Part shown: piece after piece, positions 48,257-58,900 of the stretch | How positions within the stretch are numbered: position 1 is the first letter of the stretch | How the letters are laid out: each line of letters opens with the position of its first letter | IMG/VR virus record: IMGVR_UViG_3300037808_001436 | Source of the DNA: an uncultured virus (IMG/VR IMGVR_UViG_3300037808_001436) | Lineage: Duplodnaviria > Heunggongvirae > Uroviricota > Caudoviricetes | Direction: 5' to 3' (one strand) | Length of the DNA stretch: 64,000 nucleotides | Position numbers and translations under genes: made by a program | Notes under the pieces: model-generated | The model's database searches: none | The model's input: only the letters and a program-made list of their open reading frames with translations | Told to the model about the DNA's origin: nothing

Positions 48257-49633
48257 TTGTCTGAAAAAGCAAGCTTTAGTCGCTACGGAAAATCGTTTCA
48301 AGAAGGGCTCGTTCAGCTCATTTATGAGGACCGACCCTTCGCGGATCAAATTACCGAAGTGTTAGATATAAATTTTCTGGAACTCGAATACCTCCGGGTA
48401 TTTGTCGATAAGATTGTAAGCTATCGCAACAGGTACAGCAAGCACCCATCCGCGGAGGCAGTCATCACGATCCTCCGTACGGATCTTGATAATGAAGATG
48501 AGGTAACCCGCACGCAAGTGAGAGAGTACTTCGCGAGAATAATTAAGAAAGATCTTACGGACCAAGAGTATATCAAAGAGCAGTCTCTTGACTTTTGCAG
48601 AAAGCAAAACCTTAAAGAAGCAATGTTGAAGTCCGTTGGATTGTTGCAGACGTGCTCGTTTGATGAGATCTCAAATGTCATCAATAACTCATTAAGACTT
48701 GGCTCAGACAACAACTTCGGTTATGATTACCTTGCTGACTTTGAAGAGCGTTTTATTCCCAAGTTCAGGCGTCCAGTCACAACCGGTTGGAAGGAGATGG
48801 ATAGTGTTTGTGGTGGTGGACTAGGCAAGAGCGAATTGGGAGTGGTGATAGCCCCAACGGGTGCCGGTAAGAGCATGGTGTTAGTCCACCTAGGATCGGA
48901 GGGGCTGAAAGAAGACAAGGTGGTGGTTCATTACACCATGGAGCTTCAAGCTACTGTTATCGCCGGTCGTTATGATAGCTGTTTGACAGGATACCCTCTT
49001 GACGAGCTACCCAACTTTAAGAATGAAATCTATGAGATGGTTAAGAATATTGGGGGTAAGTTGATCATCAAAGAGTACCCAACAAAGTCGGCATCAACTG
49101 CAACTATCAAAACTCATTTAACAAAACTGTTAAAGAGCGGCGTAAAACCTGATATGATAATTGTGGATTATGCTGATCTGTTAAGACCTGTGGTAGTCCG
49201 CAAGGAAAAGAGGTCCGAACTGGAGTCTATTTACGAAGAACTACGCGGAATATCAACAGAATTTGCATGCCCAGTATGGACGGCTTCACAGACAAACCGC
49301 TCAGGACTTAACGCAGAAGTGATCACGATGGAACAGATTTCAGAAGCATTTAATAAGTGTTTTGTTGCTGACTTCATCTTCTCAGTATCACGAAGTATTG
49401 AAGACAAACAGAACAATCTAGGAAAGATCTTCATAGCCAAGAACAGAAATGGCCCAGATGGAATGATATACGATATTTTTATGGACACATCGTGCGTGAA
49501 CATTAAAATAATGCCAAAACTTACACCATCTGGCACGCCCGGACTAATACCAATGAATCCGGTTACGCTAACGCCCAAGCAGCAAAAGGGTTTGCTATTG
49601 AATAAGTACGAAAAGTTTAGAAAAAGGAATTAA
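48257..49633 (+). CDS. Replicative DnaB-family helicase (T4 gp41-like)
   Basis: APTGAGKS, IIVDYADL, WTASQTNR, KNRNG. Confidence 0.92.
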   Translation: MSEKASFSRYGKSFQEGLVQLIYEDRPFADQITEVLDINFLELEYLRVFVDKIVSYRNRYSKHPSAEAVITILRTDLDNEDEVTRTQVREYFARIIKKDLTDQEYIKEQSLDFCRKQNLKEAMLKSVGLLQTCSFDEISNVINNSLRLGSDNNFGYDYLADFEERFIPKFRRPVTTGWKEMDSVCGGGLGKSELGVVIAPTGAGKSMVLVHLGSEGLKEDKVVVHYTMELQATVIAGRYDSCLTGYPLDELPNFKNEIYEMVKNIGGKLIIKEYPTKSASTATIKTHLTKLLKSGVKPDMIIVDYADLLRPVVVRKEKRSELESIYEELRGISTEFACPVWTASQTNRSGLNAEVITMEQISEAFNKCFVADFIFSVSRSIEDKQNNLGKIFIAKNRNGPDGMIYDIFMDTSCVNIKIMPKLTPSGTPGLIPMNPVTLTPKQQKGLLLNKYEKFRKRN

Positions 49634-49638
49634 ACACA

Positions 49639-51606
49639 ATGAGAACAATTGAGAACATCCGCAGATTTAGATTATCAGACACCTTTATCGAGCCATATAA
49701 AACCGCCGTGGTCCCATGGGGACCAATTGGGTATATCACATATAAACGCTCTTATTCTAGGCGCTTAAGTGAGTTCGATCCTCAAGCAACTGGAACAGAA
49801 GAATGGCACCATACATGCCGCCGCGTGATTGAAGGAATGTTTAACGTTCAAAAACAACATGTTGTCATGCTGGGACTTGGGTGGAACGACCAAAAAGCAC
49901 AGACCACAGCTAAAGATGCATTTGACCGCCTGTTCAACTTAAAGTGGACACCGCCTGGCCGCGGCCTGTGGATGATGGGCACAAAGTTTGTGGAAGAGAA
50001 AACCGGAGCAGCATTGTTTAACTGTGCTTTTCGCTCGACTAAAGAGTTAGCAACCAAGGGCGGATATCTCTTCGGCTGGATGATGGACGCATTAATGTTG
50101 GGTGTCGGTGTCGGGTTTGACACACTTGGCGCTAACACACTTACCATCAAGGAACCAGAATACACCGGCGATACACTTGTTATTGACGACACACGAGAGG
50201 GCTGGGTAAATTCAGTTCATACTTTATTGGATGGTTTTTTCTTGGGAAACAAAGTTCCAAAGTTTGATTATTCGGCTATACGTCTTGCTGGCGCCAAGAT
50301 CAGTGGCTTTGGCGGAACATCCTCTGGACCAGCACCACTCATTGAACTTCATGCTAGCCTGACAGAACTGTTTTCTTCCAAGATTGGTGAGTCGATCACG
50401 TCAGTAGACATTGTTGATACTGAGAATCTTATTGGAAGATGTGTTGTCTCCGGCAACGTTCGCCGTTCTGCAGCCCTCGCCATGGGCACCCATGACGATA
50501 AGCGCTTTCTTGAAATGAAGAACGATCAAGAGAAACTATATCACCACCGCTGGGGTTCTAACAATTCTTTTAACGCAAAGGTTGGCATGGACTACACATG
50601 GCATGCCGAGCAAAGCATGGTCAACGGCGAGCCCGGTTATATTTGGCTGAAGAATGCCCAGACTAAGGGAAGGTTTAAAGACGATGAACGTTTTGATGAC
50701 ATTAATGTAGCAGGATTTAACCCCTGCTCTGAACAGCAGCTTCACGATGGTGAGTGTTGCTGTCTGGTAGAGACGTTCCCCGCCAAACACGATACATACG
50801 AGGACTATCTTAAGACGCTTAAATGTGCGTATCTCTATGGAAAAACAGTAACACTAGTTAACACCCACTGGCCCGAAACTAATGCCATGATGCTCAAGAA
50901 TCGGCGTATCGGGCTTTCACAGTCAGGTATCATACAAGCATTTAATAAGCACGGCCGCCGGACTATGTTGGAGTGGAGTAATAATGCTTATGAACATATC
51001 CAGCAGCTTGATAAAGATTACTCTGACTGGCTATGTGTTCCTAAATCAGTGCGAACAACTTCTATCAAACCATCCGGAACTGTATCCTTGCTAAACGGTT
51101 CAACACCTGGGATTCATTTTCCAGAAGATGAGTATTATATTAGACGCGTTAGGTTCTCAAAAGATTCAAAATTACTGAATAGTATCAGAGAATCTGGCTA
51201 TACTATGGAAGATGACGCATATTCTCCGAACACCATTTGTGTTGAGTTCCCTGTCAAAGAGCCATATTTTAAGAAAGGAAAGCGAGATATCTCAATGTGG
51301 GAACAGCTTGAAATTGCAGCCCAGTACCAATATTATTGGGCCGACAACGCTGTGTCTGTTACGATCACGTTCAAGGATGACGAGGCCCACCAGATCAAGA
51401 ACGCCCTAGAGCTTTATGAGACAAGACTTAAAGCGGTGTCGTTCCTGAGATACAAAGAAACCGGGTACAAACAAGCCCCATATGAACCAATTACAAAGGA
51501 AGAATACGAAGTGAGAATAAAGAAAGTTAAACCAATATTGCGTATTGAAACAGATCAAGCCGGCGCCGGTACAAAATTTTGTGATGGAGAAAGCTGTGAA
51601 TTTTAA
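49639..51606 (+). CDS. nrdJ: Class II (adenosylcobalamin-dependent) ribonucleotide reductase
   Basis: PPGRGLW, FNCAF, GNVRRSA, NPCSEQ, RRIGLS, TSIKPSGTVS, C-terminal FCDGESC. Confidence 0.9.
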   Translation: MRTIENIRRFRLSDTFIEPYKTAVVPWGPIGYITYKRSYSRRLSEFDPQATGTEEWHHTCRRVIEGMFNVQKQHVVMLGLGWNDQKAQTTAKDAFDRLFNLKWTPPGRGLWMMGTKFVEEKTGAALFNCAFRSTKELATKGGYLFGWMMDALMLGVGVGFDTLGANTLTIKEPEYTGDTLVIDDTREGWVNSVHTLLDGFFLGNKVPKFDYSAIRLAGAKISGFGGTSSGPAPLIELHASLTELFSSKIGESITSVDIVDTENLIGRCVVSGNVRRSAALAMGTHDDKRFLEMKNDQEKLYHHRWGSNNSFNAKVGMDYTWHAEQSMVNGEPGYIWLKNAQTKGRFKDDERFDDINVAGFNPCSEQQLHDGECCCLVETFPAKHDTYEDYLKTLKCAYLYGKTVTLVNTHWPETNAMMLKNRRIGLSQSGIIQAFNKHGRRTMLEWSNNAYEHIQQLDKDYSDWLCVPKSVRTTSIKPSGTVSLLNGSTPGIHFPEDEYYIRRVRFSKDSKLLNSIRESGYTMEDDAYSPNTICVEFPVKEPYFKKGKRDISMWEQLEIAAQYQYYWADNAVSVTITFKDDEAHQIKNALELYETRLKAVSFLRYKETGYKQAPYEPITKEEYEVRIKKVKPILRIETDQAGAGTKFCDGESCEF

Positions 51607-51826
51607 TCACTTAATAGAAAGAAGTGAACTTATGAAAGTATGTTATTCATCTGGACATAAAGAATGTTACTATCATCCTGTGGGTGATGGCCAGGCTACT
51701 ACCGGTAACAATTACCATGTTACCATGAGGTGTAAGAATTGCGGCCGCAGAACAGAGGTTTTCATGACTGAAAAACAACGCAGCCAACACCACAGAGTTT
51801 TACAAAATGAGGTCGGCGGTGTTTAA
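51584..51826 (+). CDS. Small hypothetical protein with Cys/His motifs
   Basis: C...H.C and CKNC; start uncertain. Confidence 0.5.
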   Translation: MEKAVNFNHLIERSELMKVCYSSGHKECYYHPVGDGQATTGNNYHVTMRCKNCGRRTEVFMTEKQRSQHHRVLQNEVGGV

Positions 51827-52088
51827 ACCAGTTAACAGATATATTCTGATTGGTATCCCGAAAAAAGGAGATCGCACAGAATCATTGATTGTTTTGCCAG
51901 AGGATTACAAGCCCGAAGAAGAAAGGTTTGTCGAAGTGGTTGCGGAAGCTTTTGCCGAGGATGTTAGATTTAAGTTAACTCCTCTTGCAAAGCTAGTGGT
52001 CGACCGTTCTATGATTGAGGAGATAAGCGTGGGTGGCACTATTTATAATGTCATCTTAGACAATTATGTGGTGGGGATGATCGAGTGA
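51807..52088 (+). CDS. GroES/Cpn10-like co-chaperonin
   Basis: FKPVNRYILI...SLIVLPE...Y.VI..NYVVG, about 90 aa. Confidence 0.6.
   Translation: MRSAVFKPVNRYILIGIPKKGDRTESLIVLPEDYKPEEERFVEVVAEAFAEDVRFKLTPLAKLVVDRSMIEEISVGGTIYNVILDNYVVGMIE
52038..52045 (+). promoter_or_regulatory. Putative late promoter ACTATTTA upstream of amidase
   Basis: Same motif as structural genes. Confidence 0.5.
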
Positions 52089-52104
52089 ACAAGGTACAAA
52101 TTAT

Positions 52105-53037
52105 ATGGATAAACACTTTTATAACCAAGCTTCAGCTAGTAAGCTTGGCTGGGAGCCTTCCTGGTTTGGTGAAAAATACTTTGATGATAAGCTAGTAAGG
52201 GCCATAAAGAAGTGGCAGAAAGAGCGCGCCCTTACCGGCGACGGGCTATGTGGGCCAATGACATTTCGACGGCTTTGGACAGAGCGCCAAACCATCGTAG
52301 CGGATCATAAACCATCAGATCCGGGATACTCTAACTATATCATATACAATGGCGAGTTTCATCCGATAGAGTGGGATAAATTTATTCTATGGAGTGAGAA
52401 AGATGGGCTGGAGACCAGAAGGGGAAACTATTATGATTACTCTGGGCGCCCAAAGCGCAAGATCCGGTACTTCGTAAACCATTGGGATGTCTGCTTATCA
52501 TCTAAATCAACACAGAGTATCTTGGATAGGCGAGGTATCTCAGTTCACTTCCTTATAGACAATGACGGAACAATATACCAAACTCTTGACCTCCAGCACG
52601 CCGCGTGGCATGCCGGTTCGTCTAGAACAAACCGTCCTTCTGTTGGTGTTGAGATTACAAATGCGTACTATCCAAAATACCAAGAATGGTACGTTAAAAA
52701 CGGTTTTGGAGAGCGCCCAATCATTGACGATGCTTGGGTCCATGGAGAAAAGTTAGATCCATTTTTGGGTTTTTATCCAGAACAGATAGAGGCCGCCAAA
52801 GCACTCTGGAAGGCTATTAACGGTGCCACCGGGATCCCTTTTGAAACCCCCACAAGCCAGTTCGGTAAAACCTCAACAAAATATGAACAAGATGTGGCGT
52901 ATGGAAGCTTCACGGGGTTTGTAAGTCACTACCATATTAGTAAAGGCAAGATAGACTGCGCTGGTCTCGATCTTCAAACACTTTTAGATGAAGTCAAATA
53001 TAACATTGATATTTTTGATAGTGTAAAGAATAAGTAA
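52105..53037 (+). CDS. N-acetylmuramoyl-L-alanine amidase (endolysin) with N-terminal peptidoglycan-binding domain
   Basis: AIKKWQ...LTGDGLCGPMT; SVHFLIDNDGTIYQ, AWHAG, SVGVE, SHY..K.DC. Confidence 0.88.
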   Translation: MDKHFYNQASASKLGWEPSWFGEKYFDDKLVRAIKKWQKERALTGDGLCGPMTFRRLWTERQTIVADHKPSDPGYSNYIIYNGEFHPIEWDKFILWSEKDGLETRRGNYYDYSGRPKRKIRYFVNHWDVCLSSKSTQSILDRRGISVHFLIDNDGTIYQTLDLQHAAWHAGSSRTNRPSVGVEITNAYYPKYQEWYVKNGFGERPIIDDAWVHGEKLDPFLGFYPEQIEAAKALWKAINGATGIPFETPTSQFGKTSTKYEQDVAYGSFTGFVSHYHISKGKIDCAGLDLQTLLDEVKYNIDIFDSVKNK

Positions 53038-53054
53038 TATCATCTACTTATGGT

Positions 53055-53609
53055 ATGCGATGGCTGCTTCTGTTATTATTAAGTTGTTTACCTTCTAGCA
53101 ACACTGCTGAGACTGCTAGCAGTTTCAACGCCCCATACTTGGTAGTTGACGCATATAAAGCTTTTGCAATCGGGAAGCCTCAAAGAGTATATAAATGGCG
53201 GATGACCCCCACGATAAGAGTTTGTTTGGAGACAGAAGCGACAAAAGACAGAGTTAAAAAAGCAATGCGTTTTTGGGAACCTCTTGGATATAAATTTGAT
53301 AGTGTATATATGGATTATAAGATAGGGTGTTCAGAACCACTTTACGGCGAGATTATTATAACGTTGCCAGAAGGTGATATAGGAAGTACGAACCTTGCGG
53401 CAACAAGAGTGTACACCGACAAGATAAGCAACGACATTATAAAAGCAAAAATATTCATATACCCCCGCTCAGTTAAAAAACAACGTGTACTTGAGCATGA
53501 GATCGGCCACGCCCTCGGCTGGCAGCACTACCGACAAAAATTTCATATGATGCACCCTACATGGAATATGGGTGGATACAACACTCGCGGCTTAAGAAAA
53601 ACACCTTGA
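53055..53609 (+). CDS. Secreted metzincin (matrixin-like) metallopeptidase
   Basis: Signal peptide; HEIGHALGWQH and downstream MMHP Met-turn. Confidence 0.8.
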   Translation: MRWLLLLLLSCLPSSNTAETASSFNAPYLVVDAYKAFAIGKPQRVYKWRMTPTIRVCLETEATKDRVKKAMRFWEPLGYKFDSVYMDYKIGCSEPLYGEIIITLPEGDIGSTNLAATRVYTDKISNDIIKAKIFIYPRSVKKQRVLEHEIGHALGWQHYRQKFHMMHPTWNMGGYNTRGLRKTP

Positions 53610-53634
53610 CAAACCACCCATAACGGGATATAAT
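53606..53634 (+). promoter_or_regulatory. Consensus sigma70 promoter TTGACA-17-TATAAT
   Basis: Perfect consensus. Confidence 0.85.
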
Positions 53635-53650
53635 AAGAGAAGTGTAAAGA

Positions 53651-53926
53651 ATGAATGACGAACTAAAACGAGACTTGGGAAATACCGGCGCTAGCTTCGT
53701 CGAGACAACGAAACAAATGATCTCCATTGGACAGCATGATTATTTAGAATTTTGGTCAAACACCGAAACGGAGTTGGTCTGCCAGTTTCAAGATATTTTG
53801 GTAAAGCATAGAGATAAGCATTCTTTAGAGGAGCTTATTTTTTTCAGTCTTATAATAGGCCAAACAGCTCAACAGACCATGGACGACTTACACAAATTTG
53901 AGAAAGAGAACGAAGATAAACTTTAA
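53651..53926 (+). CDS. Hypothetical protein
   Basis: ORF just downstream of consensus promoter. Confidence 0.55.
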   Translation: MNDELKRDLGNTGASFVETTKQMISIGQHDYLEFWSNTETELVCQFQDILVKHRDKHSLEELIFFSLIIGQTAQQTMDDLHKFEKENEDKL

Positions 53927-54860
53927 CTACGATAAAATTGTGATTGGTAGTTCACTTGAGGCATTGATGTTTGCCTTTAACAATAAATACCCCGTCATTT
54001 TTGCGGAAGAGAGAAGACCCTTCAGATTTGATTACCTTGAACCTGAACTGGATTTGTCCTGTTTCGGCATAGGAAAACAAAGTAACACACTCACATCACG
54101 TGAAGGCAACAAAGTTGTTGGGATAAAGAAAGAGATACTGTGGGAGCACTTGTTGTTTCTCATGTCTATAAATGGCCAGGTCCCATTATCAGACCTTGCT
54201 AATTCTTTGAGACATACCGGTGACACCATCAAGTGTGCCAACGAATATAAGAAGATAGCAGAGATATCTTTTAATGAATGTATCTATTTTGGGGACAGCA
54301 GCGCCACCGGGTTTGTGCACAGAAAGGACCTTGACAATAAGAAGTATATATGTTATGATAGTATATCGTTTCACATAGGAGGGAAGCATGAGCTTGACTA
54401 CATTGAGACAAAGGATAATTTTGTTGGGGAGGCATGGTTTTATAGTTCCGATCGTATTGATGGAAATACTCCTATTAAAGATGCTATTGCTGTCTCATTC
54501 TTAGATAGCAAACAGTTATTAGACTTTGAATACTCGGAGACGATGGCTCGCTTTAAATTAATTCACGAGATGGAGCAGCGAGGCTTAAGAGGAAAAAAAG
54601 CCAGTGAACAAACAACAGCCGGAAATGACAAATATTACAAACATAGAACATCTAGCGGCCGCCGCCAAACGCGAGAGTGCCCGACTCGACAAGAACCACA
54701 AGCCAGCAATATCACGCTTCCGGAAGTTAGCGAGGAAGATCTGCTTGGGGGTTTATCGACGGGTTGTCTGGGATACAATAGACTTTTAAAGCACTGGGTA
54801 GAAAATGCGTCCGAAAATACATTTAGCGGGAATAATCCCGATCGCGAACCTCAAGACTGA
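53898..54860 (+). CDS. Hypothetical protein with degenerate dinucleotide-binding-like N-terminus
   Basis: YDKIVIGSSLEALMFA; start uncertain. Confidence 0.55.
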   Translation: MRKRTKINFNYDKIVIGSSLEALMFAFNNKYPVIFAEERRPFRFDYLEPELDLSCFGIGKQSNTLTSREGNKVVGIKKEILWEHLLFLMSINGQVPLSDLANSLRHTGDTIKCANEYKKIAEISFNECIYFGDSSATGFVHRKDLDNKKYICYDSISFHIGGKHELDYIETKDNFVGEAWFYSSDRIDGNTPIKDAIAVSFLDSKQLLDFEYSETMARFKLIHEMEQRGLRGKKASEQTTAGNDKYYKHRTSSGRRQTRECPTRQEPQASNITLPEVSEEDLLGGLSTGCLGYNRLLKHWVENASENTFSGNNPDREPQD

Positions 54861-55692
54861 TTTTGATTTAAAGACACCAGATGTCTTGAGCCCAGTCAAC
54901 AAAGGTTTTACTGCCATTCAAAAATCAGTGTTTGAGTGCGCCATGGCCGGCTGTTCTACCATCTGGATAGTAGCAAACGATGACTTGGCGCCAATAATAC
55001 GAAAGATAGTCGGTGAATGGGTGTATGATCCAGTTTATTTTCATCGACCTACGCGTTTTAGCAGTGAAGAAAGAAAAGAAATACCTATTTATTATGTGCC
55101 AATCCATCCGAAGGACCGCGATCGCCGTGATTCTTATGGGTGGTCTATTTTATATGGAGCACATTCGGCCTGGAGATGCGCATATAATATTTCTAAGTGG
55201 TTAGCCCCCGAGAAGTACTATGTATCATTCCCAATGTCGGCTTATGACATTTACAGTGTGCGAGAACACCGAAAACTAATAAAACATAAAACCAACAATC
55301 TATTCTTATGCTATGATGATAATACGATCAAAAATAACATACCAATAGCATTTACTTTTACAGGAGAAGATTTTAAACAATGCAGACGTTCGGTAAACAA
55401 ACAAACAACCCGGGAGTATTTACCCCCTTTACCAGGAGACCGTTACCCTTCGAAGAAACGGCCACTGAGCGAGAGATGGAGCGCCCGCCACTTCAGTCTC
55501 CAGAAGATATTCGAGATGGTCAGCGAAACCCACGCGACCAAGATTAGCCTTGATTGGTACCACGATCTTTCAACTTTTGATGGATATCGTGAGTACCTTG
55601 GGTCAGACTATCTTATAGAGACTCCCGAAAAGGGCTTGACAGCACCACACGAATACGTTAAGTTACCATATAGCGACGGCGAAGAAGAATGA
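54805..55692 (+). CDS. Nucleotidyltransferase-like (GT-A fold) protein, divergent
   Basis: LAGIIPIA...P..L.PV....AIQ.SV.ECAMAGC..IWIV pattern of sugar-phosphate nucleotidyltransferases. Confidence 0.55.
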   Translation: MRPKIHLAGIIPIANLKTDFDLKTPDVLSPVNKGFTAIQKSVFECAMAGCSTIWIVANDDLAPIIRKIVGEWVYDPVYFHRPTRFSSEERKEIPIYYVPIHPKDRDRRDSYGWSILYGAHSAWRCAYNISKWLAPEKYYVSFPMSAYDIYSVREHRKLIKHKTNNLFLCYDDNTIKNNIPIAFTFTGEDFKQCRRSVNKQTTREYLPPLPGDRYPSKKRPLSERWSARHFSLQKIFEMVSETHATKISLDWYHDLSTFDGYREYLGSDYLIETPEKGLTAPHEYVKLPYSDGEEE

Positions 55693-55979
55693 GAAAAGCA
55701 CTGCAGTGGGTATGGCACCGCATTAAACATAAACTATCACACTTTCGGCCATCAAGGCTGATGGATACACTCAAAGAACATGGTTTAGCTCTTGTCCTCA
55801 TCATAGTTATCTGGGAGATCATCGAGGATGTGTTGTTCCCTGTATCATTCATTTGGCTGGGTCACAATGTGAACCCATGGTTTATTACCGGCGCACCAAT
55901 AAGTTGGTTGTTGTGCTTGCACCCGATCGTAGTGCCTATTATTTGGGGTATCTGGATCAAAGTTAGGAGAGATAAGTGA
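55689..55979 (+). CDS. Small membrane protein
   Basis: Hydrophobic segments; WEIIEDVLFP, LCLHP. Confidence 0.6.
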   Translation: MRKALQWVWHRIKHKLSHFRPSRLMDTLKEHGLALVLIIVIWEIIEDVLFPVSFIWLGHNVNPWFITGAPISWLLCLHPIVVPIIWGIWIKVRRDK

Positions 55980-58900
55980 TTAAGTTTGTTGGACTACACG
56001 CACATAGTGTGGCAGGGTCTATTTTTGATGCCATCGGTTACCCGCAAGAACATATGGATTTTTGTTATTCGAATGGCGGCGATGCATTGGCACTAACAGA
56101 CCATGGTAATATGAATGGGCTATCGTGGCAGGTGCTCCACGCAAAGAAGATGAAGGCAGAAGGCAAAGACTTCAAACCCATCTTTGGGGTCGAGGCCTAT
56201 TTCACCACATCAGTCGCAGAATGGCGGGAAGCCTACGATGCAGCGATGGCGGACAAGAAGAAAGCACGTGCAGCCAAGAAATCTGCTCAGTCAGGAGCGA
56301 CAGCCGAGGACGAGGGCGATACAAAAGCCGCACAACCTATCCTCAAGCGCCGGCGCCATCTTATCTTGTTGGCACAGAACCAGACAGGACTAAATAACCT
56401 GTATAAAATGGTGTCTAAGAGTTATACCGAGGAGTATTTCTATCGCTACCCGCGTATGGACTATGATCTGTTGCGAGAGCACTCAGAGGGGGTTATAGCG
56501 GCTTCTGCCTGTCTAGGCGGTGTGTACGCTGGGAACTACTGGGAGAACCGCGACGAGGGCACTGGAGCAGTTTTAGACGCAATGCGTGAGACAACAATAG
56601 AGATGCAATCGATCTTTGGAGATCGATGGTATGCAGAACTCCAGTGGAATAACATTCCTGAGCAACACGAACTCAACAAACATATTATTCAGATTGCAAA
56701 AGAATTTGATATCAAGATGATCTCAACCGCAGACAGTCACTACCCTAACCCTGATGCGTGGAAGGATCGTGAGTTATACAAACAACTTGGTTGGATAGGT
56801 AAGGGCAAACCGAAGTGGAAGACTGATCAAGAAGATGATGAAGAGAAGAGTGTCATCCCCGACAGTGTAGACACGATCGGTTATGAACTATATCCGAAGA
56901 ACGGCGACCAAATGTGGGAGAGTTATAAGCACTACTCCGAGTTGCAAGGCGCTGAATACGATGACGAACTGGTTTTACAGAGCATCGAAGAGACATACCG
57001 TATTGCCCACGAACGCATCGAAAGTTTTATGCCGGACACAACCGTTCGTCTGCCTGACTTTGTTGTACCCGAGGGAGCGACCGCTACCCAAGCACTCGTT
57101 CGCTACGCCATTGATGGACTGCGAGAGTTAAAGCTACACACAAATGATGAGTATGTTCAACGACTTAGACACGAACTAGATGTTATTGATCGCCGCGGGT
57201 TTAGCAAATACTTCCTTACAATGAAAGCCATTGTAGATGAGGCTACTGCGGTAATGCTGGTTGGTCCCGGCCGTGGTAGTGCATGCGGCTCGCTGGTAGC
57301 CTACGTATTGAAGATCACGCAGATCGATCCTATCAAGTATGCGCTGCCCTTCGAGCGGTTCCTGCGATCAGATGCGACTGACTACCCCGATATTGATACA
57401 GATGTGTCAGCACCGATGGAGTTGAAGGAGCGACTGATCGAGAAGTGGGGAGAGGATAGGGTTGCTCCTATTTCAAATTGGAATACGCTCCAATTGAAGT
57501 CTCTCATCAAGGACATCTCAAAGTTATATGATATTCCATTTACAGAAGTCAACACTGTAACAAGTGCTATGATGAACGAGGCCATCGGCCCAGCCAAAGA
57601 CCGACACGGCATCAGTGCTGGCGTGTATGTCCCGACTTGGGAAGAAGTGCTAGAATTCTCAACATCGCTGCGAACATTCTTAGCGCAGCACCCCGAGGTT
57701 CAAGAGCGTGTTCAGGGTTTGGTGGGGCAAGTGAGATCTTGCTCACGCCACGCTGGTGGTCTGTTAGTATCGGAAAACCTGAACGAGAATATGCCTCTCA
57801 TCAACAGCGGCGGCGTGCGACAGTCACCCTGGGCCGAGGGCCAGAACGTACGGCACCTTGAACCGATGGGCTTCATCAAGTTTGATCTGCTTGGGCTTTC
57901 AACATTGAAGATGATCGAAGGTTGTATCGAACACATCCTCCGACGCCACCATGGGGTAGAAGAATGTACGTTCGATCAGATCCGAGACTATTATAACGAG
58001 AAACTACATCCAGATGTGTTAGACTTAAATGATCAATCGGTTTATAAACACGTGTTTCACAAGGGCAACTTTGCCGGCACGTTCCAATTCACAAACAACG
58101 GCGCACAGGACTTCTGCAAGAACGTAAAGCCGACGAACATCGCAGAGATTTCAGCAGTAACCTCCATCTTCCGGCCGGGACCATTGTCAGCTAAGGTGCA
58201 CGACCAGTATATCGCAGCCAAGGACGGCATCACTGCCATCGAATGGTACCATCCTATCTTTAAAGAGATCACAGAAGAAAGTTATGGCCATGTTATCTAT
58301 CAAGAACAGATCAGCGAGATCACTCACAGGATCGGAAAGGATATTTCCCGAGATGACGGTAACACAATCCGTAAGCTTCTTACAAAGAAGGGAACAGGGA
58401 AGGAACATTTGTTAGTAAAGTTCCGCGAGCAATTTATCCATGGAGCTAGCGAAAAGGGAATGTCTATCAGCACAGCCGAAGAGATTTGGTTATTGATGGA
58501 GGGCTTCGCGAAGTACGGCTTCTCAAAGAACCACGCGACAGCATACAGCATTATTTCTTACCAGTGTGCCTGGCTATGGAAGAAGTATCCTAGCGAGTGG
58601 GTTGCAGCATTCCTTGACAAAGAGCCGGAAGCACGCAAGGAGAAAGCCATCAACACCGCCAAGAGCCATGGCTTTGATATCGAACCTCTTGATATCAACA
58701 AATCGGGCACAGTGTGGGAGATTAGTAAAGATGGCAAGACACTTATCCAACCTCTTACCTCTATTAAAGGACTGGGTATGTCAGCTATTGAGCAAGTGTT
58801 AGACCACCGTCCCTTCATGAATGCTGAAGACCTACTATTCCGAGAAGAGGTGTCCTATAGCAAGTTCAATAAGAAAGCCCTAGACGCCCTTTGCAGAGGT

